Shown here: in pieces, positions 48,105 to 58,432 of the stretch
Layout: every line of letters starts with the position of its first letter
How positions within the stretch are numbered: the first letter of the stretch is position 1
NCBI GenBank assembly: GCA_963665665.1
Contig: OY762428.1
Span: forward strand, 4,992,001-5,056,000
Direction: 5' to 3'
DNA: 64,000 nt
Origin: Candidatus Kapaibacterium sp.
GTDB taxonomy: Bacteria; Bacteroidota; Ignavibacteria; Kapaibacteriales; UBA2268
Notes under the pieces: generated by a model
The model's database searches: none
Told to the model about the DNA's origin: nothing
Seen by the model: only the letters and a program-made list of their open reading frames with translations
Translations under genes and position numbers: made by a program

Positions 48105-49091
48105 ATGAGCAACGGGAAAGATACAGAGAAACTTAAGGATTTTTCCAAAGCGATTGAAAAAGTTAAAAAAGAGATCGGTAAAGTTATTATCGGGCAGAAT
48201 GAAATTATTGATGAATTACTGATATCATTATTTTCAAAAGGACATTGTCTGCTGATCGGTGTGCCGGGGCTGGCGAAAACTCTGCTGATCAGAACAATAG
48301 CAGAAGCTCTTGACCTGAAATTCAGCCGAATTCAGTTCACTCCGGACCTGATGCCGGGTGATATTACCGGAACCGAAATTATCCAGGAAAATATCACAAC
48401 TCATCGTAAGGATTTCACATTCGTGAAAGGGCCGGTTTTCGCTAATATCGTTCTTGCTGACGAGGTAAACCGTACTCCGCCGAAAACACAGTCGGCCCTG
48501 CTTGAAGCCATGCAGGAAAATGAAGTAACAGCAGCAGGCACTACTTACAAACTGGAACAGCCTTTCTTCGTGCTGGCAACACAGAATCCTATTGAACAGG
48601 AGGGAACCTATCCGCTTCCCGAAGCACAGTTGGACAGGTTTATGTTCAATATCTGGCTGGATTACCCGAGCCTGGATGAAGAAAAAGAAATAGTTAAGTC
48701 AACTACCTCGGAATATGTTCCCAAAGTTGAGAAAGTTCTTACGGGAGCCGAGATCATTGATTTTCAGGAACTGATTCGCAGGATCCCTGTGGCCGACAAT
48801 GTTATTGATTTTGCCGTAAAACTTGTACGCGCCACAAGGCCGAACGGCGACGATTCCAAAGTTATCAAAGATTATATCAGCTATGGCGCCGGCCCGAGAG
48901 CTTCGCAATACCTGATACTTGGCGCAAAAACAAGGGCCGCTGTAAACGGACGATACACGCCTGATATTGACGATGTCAGGGCTGTGGCTCCTTCCGTACT
49001 CAGGCACAGGATCGTTACCAGCTTCAATGCCGAAGCCGATAATGTGAGTGCAAATGAGATTATCTCAAGGCTTCTGAAAGAAGTTAAATAG
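48105..49091 (+). CDS. MoxR-family AAA+ ATPase
   Basis: GVPGLAKT, RIQFTPDLMP.D, DEVNRTPPKTQSALLEAMQE, ATQNPIEQEGTYPLPEAQLDRF. Confidence 0.97.
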   Translation: MSNGKDTEKLKDFSKAIEKVKKEIGKVIIGQNEIIDELLISLFSKGHCLLIGVPGLAKTLLIRTIAEALDLKFSRIQFTPDLMPGDITGTEIIQENITTHRKDFTFVKGPVFANIVLADEVNRTPPKTQSALLEAMQENEVTAAGTTYKLEQPFFVLATQNPIEQEGTYPLPEAQLDRFMFNIWLDYPSLDEEKEIVKSTTSEYVPKVEKVLTGAEIIDFQELIRRIPVADNVIDFAVKLVRATRPNGDDSKVIKDYISYGAGPRASQYLILGAKTRAAVNGRYTPDIDDVRAVAPSVLRHRIVTSFNAEADNVSANEIISRLLKEVK

Positions 49092-49117
49092 GGTAGAGGC
49101 TATTATATTTATTATTA

Positions 49118-49147
49118 AATCCGATCGTTATCTGATCGGATTTTTTT
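49118..49147 (+). terminator. Rho-independent terminator
   Basis: ATCCGATC..GATCGGAT followed by a T-run. Confidence 0.75.
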
Positions 49148-49279
49148 GTAGCTAGCAATAATATAGAATATAGCTCAAAAATAATAAAATCCGAGCTTTA
49201 AATTGATAGGAATTGAGCTTGTATTCAATTGTTATAATTTTTTCATATATTTGTGAATTGAATTATATTTTAATCAGGG

Positions 49280-50236
49280 ATGTCAATGAAAATTAAAATG
49301 ATAATATTATTAATCACTTTTGCTTATGCATCAGGTTTTGCTCTTGAAATTGATAATACAATTCCCCTTTATGCAAATTGGCATATTGGAGACAAGTTTA
49401 AATTCAAGGTTACAAAAATTAAGCAATTATATCAGGGTGAGCAATTGGTTCGTAATGATACTTCCTCATATATAACTAATTTTCTAGTATCAGATTCAAC
49501 AGAAAATGAGTTTACTGTTAATTGGAAATATCAAACATCTTTGTCGAATTATAATATTCCCGAAAGTTTATCTGAAAAGTTTGCCAAGTATAAATTTACA
49601 GAAGTAGTTTATAAAACAGGTTCTTTAGGTGAATTCCTTGGAATTGAAAATTGGAAGGAAATTTCCGAAATGATGACCGGGCTTTTCTCTGATTTAATTG
49701 ATTATATGGCAGATAATGATAAGCCTGGTATGGATAAGGAATCATTAAAAAAATCATTACAACCCTTAAGCCAAATATACAGCACCCGGCAGGGATTGGA
49801 ATTGCTTGTTTTCAAAGAACTTCAGGTTTTTCATTATCCATACGGATTGTCATACTTAGAAGCTGATACGATTGCTTATGAAGAACAATTACCAAATATG
49901 TTTGGGGGAGACCCGATCAGAGGCGATGTGCTTTTGTTTGTAAAAAGTGTGGATAAAGAAAATTCAGAAATTGTTCTTAAACAGGAGATGCGTCTGAATC
50001 CGGACGATGTAAATGATATGATAAATTCTGTGTTACAAAGAATGAACTTACCCGCTGACGAATTAGAAAAATCTTTGAAATCATCAGAACTTGAAATTAC
50101 TGACGATAATTTTTTCAACTTTAACTATGAAAAAGGAATACCAAATTCTATCGTGACAGAAAGAAACATTGTTAGTAATATAAATAATCAAAATGGGAAA
50201 AGGATTGAAATAACAAAAATTGAATTGATTAATTAA
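49280..50236 (+). CDS. Exported hypothetical protein
   Basis: 318-aa ORF with a signal peptide. Confidence 0.8.
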   Translation: MSMKIKMIILLITFAYASGFALEIDNTIPLYANWHIGDKFKFKVTKIKQLYQGEQLVRNDTSSYITNFLVSDSTENEFTVNWKYQTSLSNYNIPESLSEKFAKYKFTEVVYKTGSLGEFLGIENWKEISEMMTGLFSDLIDYMADNDKPGMDKESLKKSLQPLSQIYSTRQGLELLVFKELQVFHYPYGLSYLEADTIAYEEQLPNMFGGDPIRGDVLLFVKSVDKENSEIVLKQEMRLNPDDVNDMINSVLQRMNLPADELEKSLKSSELEITDDNFFNFNYEKGIPNSIVTERNIVSNINNQNGKRIEITKIELIN

Positions 50237-50281
50237 TATCGAGAATTAGATGGATATAGATTTTATTTATTAGCTCGATAA

Positions 50282-50887
50282 TTATATTTTGAATAGATCA
50301 TCGATTTGTTCTCTGAAATGCCGGAAACTTTTTGAATGCGAATCTAAAAATTCCGGATCCCAATTCTCTAATATTTTTGAAACTATCCTGTTTCTTTTAA
50401 TAGCGCCTTTAGCATCTTGATAAATTTTTAATTTTGCTTTTGGCTTTGGTTCTTTTTCCAGTTTTTTCGTATTTGCTTTCGGATCATTTTCCTGCTTCAT
50501 TTTCAAATACCATAGCCAATGCTCAATACATTGTACTGGAATGAATATTATTGTTCGAATATCGATTCTTGCTTCTTCAATTTTATCCCTAAAAAAAGCC
50601 AGGTTTTCATTAAATTTCTTATCTTCAAATCCGTCACAATCGACCCCAATGAACATCAGATCGATATTATACTGAGATTGAGCGATCTTTAACATAGTCA
50701 AAAATTTCTTTTTTACTTCAGTCTTTGAATTGTTTTTATTGCCTATAGCAGATTGAAAAGAAGGATTTGGTTTTAACTCAAATGAAAAATTTTGAAATTC
50801 CTTTATATTTAATCTTTCTATATAACTGTGGACGAAAAGTCTCATCGGGTCGTCTTCGCAATAAATACCATAGGTTTTAGATGTCAT
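50282..50887 (-). CDS. TOPRIM-like (DUF4276-like) partner protein
   Basis: GGAGGAG before ATG 50887, overlapping the ATPase stop; YGIYCEDD, IGVDCD, PVQCIEHWL, SKSF. Confidence 0.6.
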   Translation of the reverse strand: MTSKTYGIYCEDDPMRLFVHSYIERLNIKEFQNFSFELKPNPSFQSAIGNKNNSKTEVKKKFLTMLKIAQSQYNIDLMFIGVDCDGFEDKKFNENLAFFRDKIEEARIDIRTIIFIPVQCIEHWLWYLKMKQENDPKANTKKLEKEPKPKAKLKIYQDAKGAIKRNRIVSKILENWDPEFLDSHSKSFRHFREQIDDLFKI

Positions 50888-52043
50888 TAGGAACTCCTCC
50901 GAAAAATCCTGATACCCAGTTTTCACCAAGACAATCTAATAGTTCTTCTTCGCTCAGATTGTTGTCTTTGAATTGTTTATTCGCCTTTTCAATAATGTTT
51001 TGCAAATTCTCAACTTTTGTCTCTCCGTCTTTCATTTCAAAGATGTGTACTGATTGTGGAAATTCCCTGAATTCCTGTAAAACAACCGGTGAATGGGTTG
51101 AGATTATAATCGGAATCGTTCTTGATTCGGACAATTCCCAAATAAGCCTGATGATTTCACTAATGCGACGTGGATGGATATTGTTTTCCGGTTCTTCTAT
51201 CATCAGAAATCGGAGCTGCTCTTTCTGATGGATAATGGCAATAATTGCAAGCAGATACAGCACGCCGTCCGAGATAGAATCCGGCCAGATAATTTTATTC
51301 CATTTATTAATCAATCCAATAATTTTATGAGTACTTCCGTTGACTTTTTGGAACCTAACTCCTTTAAATTCCGGAATCAGCCTGTTCAAAGTTTTATTAA
51401 TCTGTTCAATAATTTCAGGATAAGTATCCTGAAAATTATCAATTACAGATACAATATTGGACGCATCAGGGCTGATTCTGTATTCTGCTTCTTTAAGTTC
51501 TCCTGCCTGCCTGACGATGTTTACCAAAGGACGATATATTTCGGATGATGAAAGTTTTATAAAGAAGTTTGTAAGAAATTTATTTTTTGAATGACCTTTA
51601 ATAATTGGAAGTTTATCATTAGTAATCTCAACATTATTATTTGAGAAAAGGCTTGCTTTTTCATCAATACTTATATTATTAATAAAATCAAAAAAATAAG
51701 AGTCAGAAGCTAATCCAGTAATAAAATAAAAATTGATTTCTTGATTGCCATCACCAATATCTTGAATATTGTTAATAACAAAATAGTTATGCAGGTATTC
51801 TTTTCCTTGCTTTTCAATTGCATAGATGCTCATTGGATATTCAACATTAAGTAGATTGCATTTGACATTTTTGAATTTTTCAGAATCGGGATAACTCCCG
51901 CTCAGAATATCCCCCCAGAATTTCAGGGCATTCATTGTATTGGTTTTGCCGGAATTATTAGCTCCGATAAGAACATTTTGATCTTGCAGCTCCAAATCAA
52001 TTTGTTTTATACTTTTAAAGTTGGATATTCTGATTTTAACCAT
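50877..52043 (-). CDS. ABC-type ATPase (AAA_15/AAA_21-like)
   Basis: ISNFKSI; Walker A GANNSGKT; signature ISDG; Walker B LMIEEPEN; STHS. Confidence 0.9.
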   Translation of the reverse strand: MVKIRISNFKSIKQIDLELQDQNVLIGANNSGKTNTMNALKFWGDILSGSYPDSEKFKNVKCNLLNVEYPMSIYAIEKQGKEYLHNYFVINNIQDIGDGNQEINFYFITGLASDSYFFDFINNISIDEKASLFSNNNVEITNDKLPIIKGHSKNKFLTNFFIKLSSSEIYRPLVNIVRQAGELKEAEYRISPDASNIVSVIDNFQDTYPEIIEQINKTLNRLIPEFKGVRFQKVNGSTHKIIGLINKWNKIIWPDSISDGVLYLLAIIAIIHQKEQLRFLMIEEPENNIHPRRISEIIRLIWELSESRTIPIIISTHSPVVLQEFREFPQSVHIFEMKDGETKVENLQNIIEKANKQFKDNNLSEEELLDCLGENWVSGFFGGVPNDI

Positions 52044-52193
52044 CTTGAAACCTGAATTATTATATCAACAATTACTCGTTATTACTTATTCATGTAATTT
52101 AACACAGATAAATTAATTTCAAAATATTATTTCCCTAAAAATAAAAAAAGGCCACAAAAATGCAGCCTTTTTAATTCTTTGAGCAAAAGTTAA

Positions 52194-53663
52194 TTATCTT
52201 ACTTTGTTAAGCTTTACTATCTCGGTTTTAAGTCCGTTGGAAACCTTTAGAATATAGTTTCCGGCGCTGATATTCTGATTGTCGAACCAAACAAAGTTGT
52301 GGTCGCCGGCGTTATAATAATCTGCTTTAAAGAATATTTTATTTCCCATCATATCGAACATTTCGAAAGTTATATTTTGCGCTTCGGGAATTGAAAATGT
52401 CAGAGTGAATTTGTCGCTGAAGGGAGTGGGGGAAACGCTTTTAATTTCAAGTTTGTTTGAATTAACAATATTTTCTTCTATCGAAGTGATAATTCTGCCG
52501 GAAATGTAAACTCCGCCGCCCTGAACTCCTGCATAAGCCAGAATACCTTCGTCTGTTGGCTCCCAGTTTGGTATTTCCACATGAGTGCAGAATGCTCCGT
52601 CAGGCAGCCCGTCGTCAAATTTTTCCCAGTAAAATCCAGTATTTGCAGATCCCCAGATACCATCTTCGCCACAGGCAGCAACAAGATATTTCGGATTTGT
52701 CGGGTGCTCTTTTATCTGGTATACGAATGCTCCTTCTGCAGCTGCAAGTTCCCATGTCATTCCTGAGTCCATACTCCTGTAAATTCCCTTGGGTATACTG
52801 TTTCTTTCTCTGTCGAGTGAATCGGCCCCGCAAAGAATTACCCTTGGCGACCTTGAGGATGGCATCACGCATAAAATTCTGAGCCCTTCAATTCCTTCGC
52901 TGCCGCGAATCCATGTCTGTCCGTTATCATGCGATCTGAAAACCCCGCCGTCGAAAATATTATCTCCTGCAAGGTAAACTGTTTTATCATCATAAGTAGG
53001 AACAGCCACATCCCTGGATTGTATATTAAGTCCTGTTCCGTTGCTGCATGTTTCGAATCCATCTGTACTTACAATGAAACCGTCGCTGGTATTTGATGCA
53101 GCACCATAAATATAACCGTCTCCGGCAGATCTGGATTCCAGGTCATAAATCTGATGCAGTTCGTTGCAGTATGAATCATCAACAGCCCACGAATCACCTC
53201 TGTCTGTGGATTTCAACATATAGCCGCGTTTGGCTTTATACACTGAAGCAAACCATACTTCAGGATTTTTTGGATCTTCGATTATACTCATAACAGAGAA
53301 TGAGTCCAGCCTTGTTTCACTCCAGTTTTGTCCTCTGTCTGTACTATATTTGAAACCGCTTCCAACAAAAAAGAACTTAGGAGCTTCTGCACGAATATCC
53401 ACTTCATAAGTGTTTGAGGAAACCACCAGGTAATCGGGGTTGGATTTGGGAGTATAAATGTTTAAAATCGAATGGTTGGCAGTATCAAGTTTTTGCCAGA
53501 ATTGTGCATTTGAAGGTAAATATGCTGCAGTGAATAATAAAAAAATCATTGAGCAGAATATTTTTCTGTTATTCTTTGTAATAGGTCTTTTCATAATTAA
53601 TAACCGATATATGATAATAAAAATTTTTAACATCTTTATAATTGTGAATAAATAATTAAACAA
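52194..53663 (-). CDS. T9SS-secreted BNR/Asp-box beta-propeller protein (true start probably downstream, ~53594)
   Basis: Repeated S.D.G.TW; CTD SPTPFSD..FDMMG..SAGNYILK..K.NKVR. Confidence 0.85.
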   Translation of the reverse strand: MFNYLFTIIKMLKIFIIIYRLLIMKRPITKNNRKIFCSMIFLLFTAAYLPSNAQFWQKLDTANHSILNIYTPKSNPDYLVVSSNTYEVDIRAEAPKFFFVGSGFKYSTDRGQNWSETRLDSFSVMSIIEDPKNPEVWFASVYKAKRGYMLKSTDRGDSWAVDDSYCNELHQIYDLESRSAGDGYIYGAASNTSDGFIVSTDGFETCSNGTGLNIQSRDVAVPTYDDKTVYLAGDNIFDGGVFRSHDNGQTWIRGSEGIEGLRILCVMPSSRSPRVILCGADSLDRERNSIPKGIYRSMDSGMTWELAAAEGAFVYQIKEHPTNPKYLVAACGEDGIWGSANTGFYWEKFDDGLPDGAFCTHVEIPNWEPTDEGILAYAGVQGGGVYISGRIITSIEENIVNSNKLEIKSVSPTPFSDKFTLTFSIPEAQNITFEMFDMMGNKIFFKADYYNAGDHNFVWFDNQNISAGNYILKVSNGLKTEIVKLNKVR

Positions 53664-53936
53664 TTTAAATAAAATTTTAGTCCTATCTAAGTAAGAATTG
53701 CTAATATTTAAAAATTTTTTTCCACAAATATTTACACTTCTGATTCAGAGACGTTAGTTTGATTTTTTATATCTTACAACAAAATAAGAAAATATCCCAA
53801 ATATACCTATACATATCAGAATCAAATTGTCTGATCATTTTAAATAATTGCAATAAGCTGTGGAAAAACTAATCTTGTGCTAAGTCGTCTTTTTTTGTAG
53901 TTTGCATTAGCATGTATCACATTGCAGCTGGTTTTG

Positions 53937-54590
53937 ATGAATATCCCCGAAATATATGAATTGATTGAAAGTGGTGAATCAACAACTGTTGAATTCAAAA
54001 GAAAAGCCAAAACCCCGCTAAAAATTGCGAAGGAGCTTGCTGCATTCGCAAATACTAAAGGTGGATTTTTGTTTGTAGGCATTGATGATGATGCTACTAT
54101 TTATGGAGTAAGAAGCGAGAAATCAGAACTTGATGTTATTGACAAGGCATGCAATTTTTTTATCGACCCTCCGATAAAACCTGAAATTGAGATTGCAGAG
54201 CTCAAGTATAAGGACGTTATAATTGTAAAAATAAGGGAAAGCAAGAACAAACCTCACAGACTGATAAGCGAAGAAGATGATGACAATATGGATAACAGAG
54301 TATATATCCGAATCGGGGAAAAATGTGTTATTGCAAGCCGGGAAATGACCCGCCTTATGAAGCAGCAAACATTGGACAAACCTGTGAAGCTTAGTATTGG
54401 TGATAAGGAGAAAAGGCTGTTTGCCTATCTTGATAAATACGAGAAAGCAACAGTTAAAGAATTTGCAAAACTTGTAAATATATCCACAAGGCGTGCAGAA
54501 AGGCTAATGATAAGATTGGTAAGGGCGGGAGTAATGCAAATAAATAATGATGAATATCATGATTACTTTACACTGATTCAACCGCGCTGA
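53937..54590 (+). CDS. Schlafen/AlbA_2 domain protein with a C-terminal winged helix
   Basis: GESTTVEFKR, AAFANTKGG.L.VGIDD, YIRIG; ATVKEFAKLVNISTRRAERL. Confidence 0.88.
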   Translation: MNIPEIYELIESGESTTVEFKRKAKTPLKIAKELAAFANTKGGFLFVGIDDDATIYGVRSEKSELDVIDKACNFFIDPPIKPEIEIAELKYKDVIIVKIRESKNKPHRLISEEDDDNMDNRVYIRIGEKCVIASREMTRLMKQQTLDKPVKLSIGDKEKRLFAYLDKYEKATVKEFAKLVNISTRRAERLMIRLVRAGVMQINNDEYHDYFTLIQPR

Positions 54591-54746
54591 CAGCACTTTT
54601 TGATGTATCACATTATATATTATATATTGCCTTTTTGTAATATAAACTTTTTGATTTTTCAATAAGTAGAAAAAATTTAATAATTATTATTTTTAAAGTT
54701 ATTATCTTTGTAATCTTTATGTATTGTTTGTTAATACAGAGTCGGT

Positions 54747-56291
54747 ATGAGCTTTAGGAAAAGATTGTTTGATTTTCTTCGCCGTAAGAGCGAAGCCCAC
54801 GAAGGTGGAGGCAAAAAGGCCATTGAAAAGCAGATTTCTATGGGAAAGATGACAGCGCGTCAGAGAGTTGAAGCGCTGCTTGATCCCGGTACTTTTCATG
54901 AATACGACCTCTTCGTGGAACACAAATGTGAAGACTTCGGGATGTCCCAGAAAATTCTTGCCAGCGACGGTGTAATAACCGGTACCGGCAGGATAATGGA
55001 CCACCCGGTTTGCATATACGCACAGGACTTTACAGTTGCAGGCGGTTCTCTCGGGATTATGCATGCCCGGAAAATCACCAAAATAATGGATCACGCATTG
55101 AAACTTGGAATGCCGATCATTGGTATCAATGATTCCGGTGGCGCAAGAATTCAGGAAGGCGTAAACGCACTTGCAGGTTACGGTGAGATTTTCCTCAGGA
55201 ACACAATTGCATCCGGAGTAGTTCCTCAGATATCTGTGATTCTTGGCCCATGTGCCGGTGGTGCGGTATACTCACCAGCCCTTACAGATTTCGTTTTCGT
55301 GGTTGATAAAATTTCAAAAATGTTCATCACGGGTCCTGAAGTTATTAAAACTGTTCTTGGTGAAGAAGTGACTATGGAAGAGCTTGGCGGTGCAAGAACA
55401 CAGGCGGAAATTTCCGGAAATGCACATTTCTTTGCCGAATCGGAAACAGAATGTTTCGATCAGATCAAGAACCTTCTTACATTTATTCCCTGGAATAATC
55501 GTAAGAAAGCAGATCCTTTCAGGCCCAAAAGGCCCAAGCCGGATTATAAGATAGAAGAAATCATTCCGGGATCGCCCAACGAACCTTATGATATTCGGGA
55601 TGTAATGAAATCCATTTCAGATAATTCTGATTTTCTGGAAATACAGGAGCTTTGGGCATCAAATATCGTGATTGGATTTATTCGTGTAAACGGTGAAACA
55701 ATCGGGGTAATTGGAAATCAACCACTGGTTCTGGCTGGTGTTCTTGATGTTGATGCATCAGACAAGGCTGCAAGGTTTATTCGTTTTTGCGATGCTTTCA
55801 ATATTCCTATACTTACATTGGTTGATATTCCCGGGTATTTGCCGGGAGTTGATCAGGAACATGCGGGAGTTATCAGGCACGGAGCAAAAATCCTTTATGC
55901 ATACAGCGAAGCAACAGTTCCCAAAATAACCATTATCCTTCGAAAAGCTTACGGAGGCGGTTATATTGCTATGTGTTCAAGGCATCTTGGCGCTGATTTT
56001 GTTTTTGCCTGGCCTACTGCTGAAATTGCTGTTATGGGGCCCGAAGGTGCTGCAAATATTATTTTCCGCAAGGAAATTACAGGCGCAGCAGACCCGGATT
56101 CTGTAAGGAAAGAAAAAGTTCAGGAATATACAGAAAAATTTGCTAATCCGTATATTGCTGCTGCTAACGGGCATGTTGATGCTGTTATTCAGCCGAATGA
56201 AACCAGGGATCATGTAATTCATTGTATTGGTATTTCAAAATTTAAAGATGATTACATGCCTAAGAAAAAACATGGCATTCCGCCGTTCTAA
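54747..56291 (+). CDS. Acyl-CoA carboxyltransferase subunit (PccB/MmdA family)
   Basis: GKMTARQR, DFTV.GGSLG, DSGGARIQEG, GPCAGGAVYSPALTDF, RKAYGG, KKHG. Confidence 0.95.
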   Translation: MSFRKRLFDFLRRKSEAHEGGGKKAIEKQISMGKMTARQRVEALLDPGTFHEYDLFVEHKCEDFGMSQKILASDGVITGTGRIMDHPVCIYAQDFTVAGGSLGIMHARKITKIMDHALKLGMPIIGINDSGGARIQEGVNALAGYGEIFLRNTIASGVVPQISVILGPCAGGAVYSPALTDFVFVVDKISKMFITGPEVIKTVLGEEVTMEELGGARTQAEISGNAHFFAESETECFDQIKNLLTFIPWNNRKKADPFRPKRPKPDYKIEEIIPGSPNEPYDIRDVMKSISDNSDFLEIQELWASNIVIGFIRVNGETIGVIGNQPLVLAGVLDVDASDKAARFIRFCDAFNIPILTLVDIPGYLPGVDQEHAGVIRHGAKILYAYSEATVPKITIILRKAYGGGYIAMCSRHLGADFVFAWPTAEIAVMGPEGAANIIFRKEITGAADPDSVRKEKVQEYTEKFANPYIAAANGHVDAVIQPNETRDHVIHCIGISKFKDDYMPKKKHGIPPF

Positions 56292-56323
56292 TATTGAATT
56301 TTTTCATCAATTTCGGGAAACCG

Positions 56324-56638
56324 ATGAGCAATCTTGACTATACAGTTTTAGTTGTTGATGATACAGCATATAAAACTAAACTTACAAAAAAATATCTGAA
56401 CAGGAAGCTGTATAAAAGAGCCAATCCTAAGGAAATTAATTCTTTTATTCCTGCTACTATCGGGCCTGTTTATGTAAAACCCGGAGATTCAGTAACAAAG
56501 GGCCAGGCACTTATGATTTGCGAAGCTATGAAGATGAAAAATGATCTTCAGTCCCCTGATGACGGCGTAATAAAAAACATTTATGTCAAAACAGGTGATA
56601 TTGTAAAAAAGGGGCAGTTGTTACTTGATTTCGAGTAA
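56324..56638 (+). CDS. Biotin carboxyl carrier protein
   Basis: EAMKM biotinylation motif; V..GD.V.KGQ halves. Confidence 0.92.
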   Translation: MSNLDYTVLVVDDTAYKTKLTKKYLNRKLYKRANPKEINSFIPATIGPVYVKPGDSVTKGQALMICEAMKMKNDLQSPDDGVIKNIYVKTGDIVKKGQLLLDFE

Positions 56639-56658
56639 TTTTATCCGATTTTTTATTC

Positions 56659-56692
56659 TGGCTGCTTTTTTTTAACAGAGCAGCCTTTTTTT
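56659..56692 (+). terminator. Rho-independent terminator
   Basis: GGCTGCT..AGCAGCC followed by a T-run. Confidence 0.75.
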
Positions 56693-56705
56693 GTTATTTT
56701 TTTCT

Positions 56706-56752
56706 TTGACAAATAAAATTTTATTATTAGATTATTGTGAATTCTTTCACGA
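56706..56752 (+). promoter_or_regulatory. Sigma-70-type promoter with an adjacent Rex operator
   Basis: TTGACA (56706), TAGATT (56728), then TTGTGAATTCTTTCACGA (56735-56752), one mismatch from TTGTGAAnnnnTTCACAA. Confidence 0.8.
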
Positions 56753-56770
56753 ACTTTTTGAAACTTTTTT

Positions 56771-57424
56771 ATGGAAAAAATACCACCAAGAACCGTTGCA
56801 AGACTGATTATTTACAGGAAAATATTGAACAGCCTTATTTATGAAGGCGTATCTCATATTTTTTCCAGGAAATTAGCCGAGATGGCAGGATGTACACCGG
56901 AACAGGTAAGAAGAGACCTTATGGCTATCGGCTATCAGGGGTCAACTGTTTCAGGATATGATGTTTCAGAACTTGAATATAGTATCGGTTATGTCATGGA
57001 TGACCCCGAAGGAGTGAAAATAGCTATTGTCGGAGGTGGTCTGTTAGGACGGGCTATACTTGATTATTGCTATTGGCGATATCCAAACTTTTCTACTTTC
57101 CTGTCATTTTCGAATGAAAAAGATATTTCTGATAAAGTATATCATGGTTGCAAATGCTATACCATGAAGCAGATCGAGGAAGTATTGGAAATGGAAACAG
57201 TTGATATCGTTATTCTGGCAATAGAATCCGAACATGTGCAAAATCTTGCAAACAGGCTTGTAAAATCAGGCGTAATAGGAATATTGAACTACACACCCAT
57301 TCATCTTGATCTGCCTTCAGAGGTATTTGTAGAAGATATGGATTTGATGCTTGCAATTGACAAGGCTGCTTTTTTTGTTAAGCACGAAACGCATATTAAA
57401 AAGAAGAAGAAAAAGAAAAAATAA
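56771..57424 (+). CDS. rex: Redox-sensing transcriptional repressor Rex
   Basis: IP..TV.RL..Y, S..LAE.AG.TP.QVRRDL..IG..G....GY.V, IAIVG.G.LG.A, GILNY.P; Rex operator upstream. Confidence 0.9.
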   Translation: MEKIPPRTVARLIIYRKILNSLIYEGVSHIFSRKLAEMAGCTPEQVRRDLMAIGYQGSTVSGYDVSELEYSIGYVMDDPEGVKIAIVGGGLLGRAILDYCYWRYPNFSTFLSFSNEKDISDKVYHGCKCYTMKQIEEVLEMETVDIVILAIESEHVQNLANRLVKSGVIGILNYTPIHLDLPSEVFVEDMDLMLAIDKAAFFVKHETHIKKKKKKKK

Positions 57425-57463
57425 TATAATATCTATTGAATGTCCCGAAAAGGCTTCCTGTTA

Positions 57464-58324
57464 TTAGGGAGCCTGGGCTTTGTTTTGATCTTTTGCGAGT
57501 TCATCTTGCATTTTCGCGATGAAAGCCAGAAATTTTTCTCTTTCTTCGTCTGTCAACAGGGTTACTCCCTCTTTTTCTGCTTTTTTCTTCTGAATTTCCT
57601 CCATAAATCCCATACTTAGAATACCAGTGGGAATAGCCACAAGGCCAATTCCGAAAAGTGCGGTAACCGCGGCAATGAACTGTCCCCAACCTGTTACAGG
57701 AAATACGTCGCCATATCCAATGGTAGTAAGTGTTGCTATTGCCCACCAGAAGGTAGCAAAGATATTTGGAAATTTGTCCGGTTGTACGTCATGTTCAAGT
57801 TCGTACATCAGTGAAGCGGACATTAATATCATAATAAGTGCACCGAAAACAGTTATAAGTAATTCGCTTTTTTTGTTGGAAATAACATTACTTACAAGCC
57901 TTAAGGACTGGAAATAGTGTGCAAGTTTGAATATCCTGAGTAAGCGTAGAATTCTTAAAAAACGGAGATCAAGCTTTATAATAAATGGTAAATAAAATGG
58001 CAGTATGGCGACTAAATCAATAATTCCCATTGGAGAAAAAATATATTTCAGTCTTGATTTTACAGGCCCGTATTCTTTGAATTGTATGTCGGCAACCCAT
58101 ATTCTAGCAATGTATTCAGCCGTGAATATTATGACCGAAATATAATCAAATGAATCAAAAAACAGTTTATGGGATTGATACAGATTATGGTAAGATTCAA
58201 GAATGATTGCTATGACATTTAATATTATCAGGCCTGAAATAAAGTAATCGTCTATCATATAGAGCAGACCCTTTTTTTCTTCTTCGGTATGAAGTATTTC
58301 TCCGACAATTTTTTTAAGTTTCAT
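57464..58324 (-). CDS. 6-TM voltage-gated-type potassium channel
   Basis: S4 LRFLRILRLLRIFKL; selectivity filter TTIGYGD. Confidence 0.93.
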   Translation of the reverse strand: MKLKKIVGEILHTEEEKKGLLYMIDDYFISGLIILNVIAIILESYHNLYQSHKLFFDSFDYISVIIFTAEYIARIWVADIQFKEYGPVKSRLKYIFSPMGIIDLVAILPFYLPFIIKLDLRFLRILRLLRIFKLAHYFQSLRLVSNVISNKKSELLITVFGALIMILMSASLMYELEHDVQPDKFPNIFATFWWAIATLTTIGYGDVFPVTGWGQFIAAVTALFGIGLVAIPTGILSMGFMEEIQKKKAEKEGVTLLTDEEREKFLAFIAKMQDELAKDQNKAQAP

Positions 58325-58432
58325 TTTACACTATTATTATTTTCAATAAATGCTGAAAATAACGCAAATAATGTGCCGCATATTTTTTGAGCAAATTTTC
58401 TTTGGTAGCTTTTTTAATTTGTAAGTAAATAA

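Noticed and set aside
53937-54590. AlbA_2 protein as a defence effector
   Set aside because: Stand-alone short AlbA_2-wHTH gene in a housekeeping context with no partner or mobile signature; kept as a feature only.
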